Assembly (NCBI RefSeq): GCF_009914755.1
Contig: NC_060940.1
DNA length: 64,000 nt
Direction: 5' to 3' (one strand)
Source of the DNA: the human T2T-CHM13v2.0 reference genome, Homo sapiens
Positions 56,801 through 64,000 of the stretch are shown here, one piece after another; positions within the stretch are counted from its first letter, which is position 1, and every line of letters starts with the position of its first letter. A program made the translations under genes and the position numbers. The notes below the pieces were generated by a model. The model did no database searches and was not told where the DNA came from. It saw nothing but the letters and a program-made list of their open reading frames with translations.

Positions 56801-59800
56801 GACTCCATTCGGTTCCGTTTGATGATGATTCCGTTCGATTCCATTTGATGATTCCATTTGATTCCATTGGATGAGTCCATTCGATTACATTCGATGATTA
56901 TTCCATTCGAGTGCATTAGATGATTCCATTCGAGTCCATTCGATGATTCCATTCGATTCCATTCGATGTTGATTCTGTTCAAATCCATTCGATGATTCCA
57001 CTCGATTCCATTCGTTGACTCCATTTGATCCCATTCGATGATTTCCTTTGATTCCCTTTGATGATCATTCCATTTGATTCAATTCGGTGATTTCATTTGA
57101 TTCCATTCAGTGATGTTTCCATTCGACTCCATTCGATGATGATTCCATTCGACTCCATTCGATTATGATTTCATTCAATTCCATTCGATAATGATTCCCT
57201 TCGAGTCCATTCGATGATTCCATTCGATTCCATTCAACGATGATTTGATTCGTGTCCATTCGATGATTCCATTTGATTCCACTTGATGATGATTCCATTC
57301 GAGTCCATTTGATGATTCTATTCAATTCCATACTCCGATGATTTCTTTTGAGCCCACTCAATGCTTCCACTCGATTCCATATGATGATGACTCCATTCGA
57401 TGAAATTCGATGATTATTCCATTCGCTTGCTTTCGATGATTCCACTTGAGTCCGTTAGAAGATTCTATTCAATTACATTCCATGACGATTCCGTTCGAGT
57501 CCATTTGATGATTCCATTAGACTCCATTCGACGATGATTCCATTCGATGTTATTCGATGATTCCATTCGATCTCATTCGATGATGATTCTATGCAACTCC
57601 ATTCTATGTTTCCATTCGAGTTCATTCTATTATTCCATTAGATTCCATTCGATGATGATTCCATTCGATTCCATTTGATGATTGCATTCTATTTCATTTG
57701 ATGATGATTCCATTCGAGTCCACTCGATGATTCCATTCGAGTCCATTTAATGAATCCATTGGTTTCAATTCTATGATGATTACATTGGATTCCATTCCTT
57801 GATGATTTCATTCGGTTCCATTCAATGATGATTCCATTCAATTCCTTTCAATGTTTCGATTCAATTCCATACGATGATGATTCCATTTGATTTGATTCGA
57901 CAGTGAGCCATTCGATTCAATTGCATGATGATTCTATTTGATTCAATTGGTTGACATTTCCATTCGATTCCATTCGATGATGATTCCCTTTGATTCCATT
58001 CAAGGATGATTCCATTCTAGCCCATTCAATCATTCCATTCGATTCTATTCAATGATGATTCCATTCATGTCGATTTGGTGATTCCATTTGACTTCATTTG
58101 ATGATGATTCCTTTCAAGTTCATTAGATGATTCCATTCGATTCCATTTGATGATGATCCCATTCGAGTCCATTCAGTGATTCCATTCGTTTCCATTCCAT
58201 GATGATTCCATTCCTTTCCATTCAATGATTCCATTCAATACCGTTTGATGATGATTTCATTCGAGTACATTTGATGATTCCATTTGATTCCATTCGATGA
58301 TGATTCCATTCGAGTCCATTCGATGATTCTATTCGAATCCATTTGATGATTTCTTTTGATTGTATTTGGTGATGATTCCATTGGAGTCCATTCAATGATT
58401 CCATTCTATTCCAATCGATGATGATTCCATTAGAGTCCATTTAATGTTTCCAATTGATTCCAGTCTCTGATGATTACATTCGAGTCCATACGATGATTCC
58501 ACTCAATTCCATATGATGATGATTCCATTTGATTCCATTCGGTGATTCCATTCTATTCTATTCAATGGTGATTCCATTCGAGTACATTAGATGATTCCAT
58601 TCGATTCCATTCAATGATGATTCTATTTGTGTCCCTTAGATGATTCCACATGATTCCATTAGATGATGATACTATTTGAGCCCATCCAATGATTCCCTTC
58701 GATTCCATTCGATGAGGATTCCATTCGATTCAATTCATTGGTGATTCTATTCAATTCAATTCTTTGATTCCATTCCATTCCATTCGACAATGATTCCATT
58801 CGATTTCTTTCGATGATTCCACTCGATTCCACTTGACATTGATTCCATTCGATTCCATTCAATGATTCCATTTGATTCCAGTGGATGATGATTGCCATCG
58901 ATTCCATTCGATCACTCCATTCTATTCCATTTGATGATGATTACATTCGATTCCATTTGATGATTCCATCTGATTCTATTCGAGGATTCCATTTGATTCC
59001 ATTCGATGATGATTCCATTCGAGTCCATTCGATGATTTCATTCGAGTACATCCAATGATTCCATTCGAGTCCATTAGATGATTCCTTTTGATTCCATTTG
59101 AAAATGATTCTACTAGAGTCCATTCAATGACTCCATTCGAGTCCATTCAACAATTCCATTCGACTCCATTCGATGATTCCATTCGATTCCATTTGATGGT
59201 TCCATTCGAGTCCATTTAATCATTACAGTCGAGTCCATTTGGTGATTCCACTGGATTTCTTTTGATAATGATACCATTCAATTACATTTGATGATGATCC
59301 CATTCAATTTCATTTGATGATGATTCCATTAGAGTCCATTCGATGATTTCATTCGAGTCCCTTCATTGATTCCATCCGATTTCATTGGATGATGACTCCA
59401 TTCGAGTCCATTCGATGATTCCACTCGATTCCATTAGATGATTCCATTGGAGTCCATTTGATTGTTCCATCCGATTCCATTCGATTCCTTTCGAAGATTA
59501 TTCCATTTGAGTCCATTCGATGATGATTCCATTCCATTCCATTCGATGATTCCGTTTGATTCCATTCGATGATTCCCTTCGATTCCTTTCTTTGATGATT
59601 CCATTCCATTCCATTCAATGATTCCATTCGAATCTATTCCATGATGATTCCTTTCGATTCCATTCGCTGATGTTTCCGTTCAATTCCATTCGATGATGAT
59701 TCCGTTCGATTCCATTCATTGAGGATTCCATTTGATTCCATTCAATGATGATTCCATTCTATTCCATTCAATGATTGCATTCAATTCCATTCAATGATTA

Positions 59801-59990
59801 TCCCATTAGAGTAAACTCAATGATTCCATTCAATACCATTCGATGATGATTCCTTTTGAGTCCATTCAATGATTTCATTCAAGTCCATTTGATGATTCCT
59901 TTCAATTCCATTCTATGATGATTCCATTCGAGTCCATTCGATGATTCCATTCGATTGCATTCGATGATTCCATTATATTCCATTCAACGG
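53882..59990 (+). repeat. HOR unit U12, 6,109 bp
   Basis: Spacing 53974 to 60083 is 6109. Confidence 0.9.
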
Positions 59991-62900
59991 TGATTCCATT
60001 CGAGTCCATTCGATGATTCCATTAGAGTACATTTAATGATTGCTTTGTTTTCAATTCGAAGATGATTACATTGGATTCCATTCTATGATACCATTCGATT
60101 CCATTCAATGATGATTCCACTCAAATCCATTGGATGATTCCATTCGTGTCCATTCGGTGATTTCATTAGATTCCATTCGAGGATGATTCCATTCGATTCC
60201 ATTCGATGATTCCATTCAATTCCATTCGATGATGATTCCATTCCAGTCCATATGATCATTCCATTTGATTTCATTTGATGATGATTCCATTCGATTCCAT
60301 TCGACGATTCCATTCTATTCCATTCGATGATGATTCCATTCGAGTCCATTCGATCATTCCATTCGAGTCCATTTAATGATTCCATTGGGTTCAATTCAAT
60401 GATGATTACATTGGATTCCGTTCTATGATTCCATTCAATTCCGTTCATTGACAATTTGATTCCATTCGATGATGATTCCATTTGAGTTCATTCGATGATT
60501 CTATTCGATTCTCTTCGATGGTGATTCAATTCTATTATATTGGATGATTCCATTCGATTCCATTTGATGTTGATTCAATTCGATTCTATTCGATGATGAT
60601 TCCATTGGATTTCACTTGATGATTCTATTCGATTCCATTCAATGATGATTCACTTCTCGTCCATTGGATGATTCCATTTCATTCCATTCGATGATGATTC
60701 CATTCAATTCCATTCGATGATTCCATTTGATTCCATGCGACGGTGAGCAATTTGATTCAATTCCATGATGATTCTATTTGATTCAATTAGATGATGTTTC
60801 CATTCGAATCCATTCCATGATTATTCCATTGGAATCCATTCGGCGATGATTCCATATGAGTCAATTCAATGATGATTCCATATGGGTCCGTTCGATGATA
60901 ATTCCATTTGATTTCATTCGATGCTTCTATTCTATTCCAGTCGATGATGATTCCGTTGGAGTCCATACGATGATTCCATTTGATTTCATTTGATGATGAT
61001 TCCATTCGATGATGATTACATTGGATTCCATTCTATGATTCCATTCAATTCCATTCGTTGATGATTCGATTCCATTCAATGATGATTCCATTTGAGTTCA
61101 TTCGATGATTCTATTCGATTCCGTTCGATGGTGATTCAATTCTCTTATATTGGATGATTCCACTCGATTCCATTTGATGATTATTCCATTGGAGTCCACT
61201 TAGTGAATCCTTTGGATTCTACTCGACGATGATTCCATTCGAGTCCATTCGATGATACCATTCAATTCCATTCGTTGATGCTTCCATTCAAGTGCATTCG
61301 ATGATATCATTCGATTCCATTTGATGATAATTCCATTTGATTCCATGCGATGATTCTATTCGATTCCATTCAATGATAATTCCATTCAATTCAGTGATTC
61401 CTCTGGACTCCATTTGATGATGATTCCATTCAATGATTCCATTCGATTCTATTCGAAAATGATTCCATTTGAATCCATTTGATGATGATTCCATTAGATT
61501 CCATTTGATGATTCCATTCGATTCCATTCGACGATGATTCCATTCGATTCCGTTTGATGATTCCATTCTATTCTATTCGATGATGATTCCATTCGATTCC
61601 ATTCGATGATGATTGGATTCGATTCCATTTGATGATTTCATTTGATTCCATTCGTTAAGGATTTCGATCAATTCCATTCGATGATTCCATTCGATTCCAG
61701 TGGATAATGATTACATCCGAGTCCATTCGATGATTCCATTGGAGCCTGTTCGATAATTCCATTTGAGTCCAACCAATGATTCCATTCATTTCCATTCAAT
61801 GATTCCATTCGAGTCCATTTGATCATTCCGGTAGGGTCCATTCGATGTTGATTCCATTGGAGTGCATTCGATGATTCCATTCGAGTCCATTTTAGGATTT
61901 GATTCGAGTCCTTTCGATGATTCCATTCGATTCCACTCGATGATGATTTCATTCGAGTCCATTCGACACTTCCAATCGATTCCATTTGATGATTCCATTC
62001 GAGTCCAATTGATGATTCCATTCAATTCCATTCGATGATGATTCCGTACGATTCCATTCTGTGATGATTCCATGTGACTGCATTCAATGATGATTCCTTT
62101 CGATTGCATTCGATTATGATTCATTTCGTGTTCATTCTATGGTTCCACAGGTTTCCATTCGTGTCCATTCCATTATTCCATTCTATTCCATTTGATGATG
62201 ATTCCATTCGATTCCATTCATTGGTGATTCCACTCAATTCCATTCAATGATTCCATTCCATTTCTTTCAACAATGATTCCATTAGTTTCTAATCGATGAT
62301 CCACTTGATTCCATTTGACGACGATTCCATTCTTGTCCATTCGATGATTCCATTTGATTCCATATGATGATGATTCCATTCGATTCCATACCATGATGAT
62401 TCCATTCGAGTCCATTCAATGGTGATTCCATTCAATTCCATTCGATGATTCCTTTTGATTCCATTCGATGATGATGGCATTCGATTCCTTTCAATCATTC
62501 CCTTTGATTCCATTCAAAGGTGATTTCATTCAAGTCCATTCGATAATTGCATTCGATTCCATTCTATGATGATTCCATTCGAGTCCATTTGATGATTCCA
62601 TTCAATTCAAGTCAATGATGATTCCATTCGATTCCATTCGATGATTCCATTGGATTCCATTCGATGATGATTCCATTCAAATCCATTCGATAATTCAATT
62701 CAAGTCCATTCGATGATGATTCCAATCGAATCCATTCAAAGATTCCATTCAGTTCCATTCGATGATTCCCTTAGATTCCATTCGATGATTCCACTTGATT
62801 GCATTTACGATGATTCCATTCGATTCCATGTGATGATTCCATTCAATTCTATTCAATGATGTCTCCATTTGATTCCATTCGACCATGATTGCCTTTGATT

Positions 62901-64000
62901 CCATTCAATGACTCCATTCGGTTCCGTTTGATGATGATTCCGTTCGATTCCATTTGATGATTCCATTTGATTCCATTGGATGAGTCCATTCGATTACATT
63001 CGATGATTATTCCATTCGAGTGCATTAGATGATTGCATTCGAGTCCATTCGATGATTCCATTCGATTCCATTCGATGTTGATTCTGTTCAAATCCATTCG
63101 ATGATTCCACTCGATTCCATTCGTTGACTCCATTTGATCCCATTCGATGATTTCCTTTGATTCCCTTTGATGATCATTCCATTTGATTCAATTCGGTGAT
63201 TTCATTTGATTCCATTCAGTGATGTTTCCATTCGACTCCATTCGATGATGATTCCATTCGACTCCATTCGATTATGATTTCATTCAATTCCATTCGATAA
63301 TGATTCCCTTCGAGTCCATTCGATGATTCCATTCGATTCCATTCAACGATGATTTGATTCGTGTCCATTCGATGATTCCATTTGATTCCACTTGATGATG
63401 ATTCCATTCGAGTCCATTTGATGATTCTATTCAATTCCATACTCCGATGATTTCTTTTGAGCCCACTCAATGCTTCCACTCGATTCCATATGATGATGAC
63501 TCCATTCGATGAAATTCGATGATTATTCCATTCGCTTGCTTTCGATGATTCCACTTGAGTCCGTTAGAAGATTCTATTCAATTACATTCCATGACGATTC
63601 CGTTCGAGTCCATTTGATGATTCCATTAGACTCCATTCGACGATGATTCCATTCGATGTTATTCGATGATTCCATTCGATCTCATTCGATGATGATTCTA
63701 TGCAACTCCATTCTATGTTTCCATTCGAGTTCATTCTATTATTCCATTAGATTCCATTCGATGATGATTCCATTCGATTCCATTTGATGATTGCATTCTA
63801 TTTCATTTGATGATGATTCCATTCGAGTCCACTCGATGATTCCATTCGAGTCCATTTAATGAATCCATTGGTTTCAATTCTATGATGATTACATTGGATT
63901 CCATTCCTTGATGATTTCATTCGGTTCCATTCAATGATGATTCCATTCAATTCCTTTCAATGTTTCGATTCAATTCCATACGATGATGATTCCATTTGAT
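59991..64000 (+). repeat. HOR unit U13 (partial; 3,846-bp X block and start of Y)
   Basis: Markers from 60083 to 63554 sit at offset 6109 from U12; Y begins at 63837. Confidence 0.9.

Larger units (their letters stand above)
1..64000 (+). repeat. Human satellite II (HSat2/HSATII) tandem array, CATTC strand on +
   Basis: The entire sequence is degenerate (CATTC)n with the HSat2-typical CATTCGATTCCATTCGATGATGATTC and GAGTCCATTCGATGATTC motifs. It shows 23/26-bp periodicity from a variable ATG/ATGATG insert and very dense TCGA sites. No non-satellite stretch was seen. Confidence 0.98.
1..64000 (+). repeat. 6,112/6,109-bp higher-order repeat, probably HSat2B (chr16q11.2, D16Z3-type)
   Basis: The marker 92-aa ORF starts at 2345, 8457, 12306, 16155, 21657, 25506, 30766, 36878, 42961, 49070, 55179 and 61288. 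The spacings are 6112, 3849, 3849, 5502, 3849, 5260, 6112, 6083, 6109, 6109 and 6109. A ~6.1-kb period is what I recall for the chr16 HSat2B array; this was not verified by search. Confidence 0.85.

Noticed and set aside
420-63554. About 150 short ORFs (60-132 aa), nearly all on the minus strand, rich in MES/NGI/EWN
   Set aside because: They are translations of (GAATG)n-derived satellite, they overlap in several frames and repeat with the HOR. The strand bias arises because the + strand is saturated with TGA stops while the - strand is rich in ATG. There is no domain-like content, so they were used only as position markers.
1-64000. CRISPR-like or other repeat-spacer array
   Set aside because: There are no unique spacers between constant repeats, all sequence is one degenerate pentamer family, and there are no cas or other genes.
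1-64000. HSat3, alpha satellite or telomeric repeat identity
   Set aside because: There are no long pure (CATTC)n runs as in HSat3, no 171-bp monomer or CENP-B box and no TTAGGG arrays. CATTCGATTC plus ATGATG is the HSat2 pattern.
1-64000. Strand inversion or embedded retroelement (Alu/L1/LTR)
   Set aside because: No GAATG-polarity stretch, poly(A) tail or non-satellite insert was seen. All marker spacings are fully accounted for by the listed deletions, leaving no room for an insertion.

Overview
The whole 64-kb window is one uninterrupted array of classical human/hominid satellite II (HSat2). It is built from diverged CATTC pentamers arranged in 23/26-bp monomers of the type CATTCGATTCCATTCGATGA(TGA)TTC, with the CATTC strand on + throughout. 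The monomers form a 6,112-bp higher-order unit, consistent with the ~6.1-kb HSat2B unit known from the chromosome 16q11.2 pericentromeric heterochromatin; that locus assignment is from recall, not a search. I found no genes, RNA genes, transposons, CRISPR arrays or inversions, and all ORFs are satellite read-throughs. The unit splits into two blocks: X (3,849 bp; reference copy 7160-11008) and Y (2,263 bp; reference copy 4897-7159). The left half (1 to ~29.5 kb) is heavily rearranged: a 704-bp deletion, three X-X junctions without Y, a 610-bp deletion between internal paralogous repeats, a complex two-junction event (net -780 bp) and a 72-bp deletion. The right half is a regular run of full-length units, mostly a derived 6,109-bp variant. 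The interest lies in the readable record of satellite turnover (microhomology junctions, a reused breakpoint, patchwork variant sharing), not in a new coding system.
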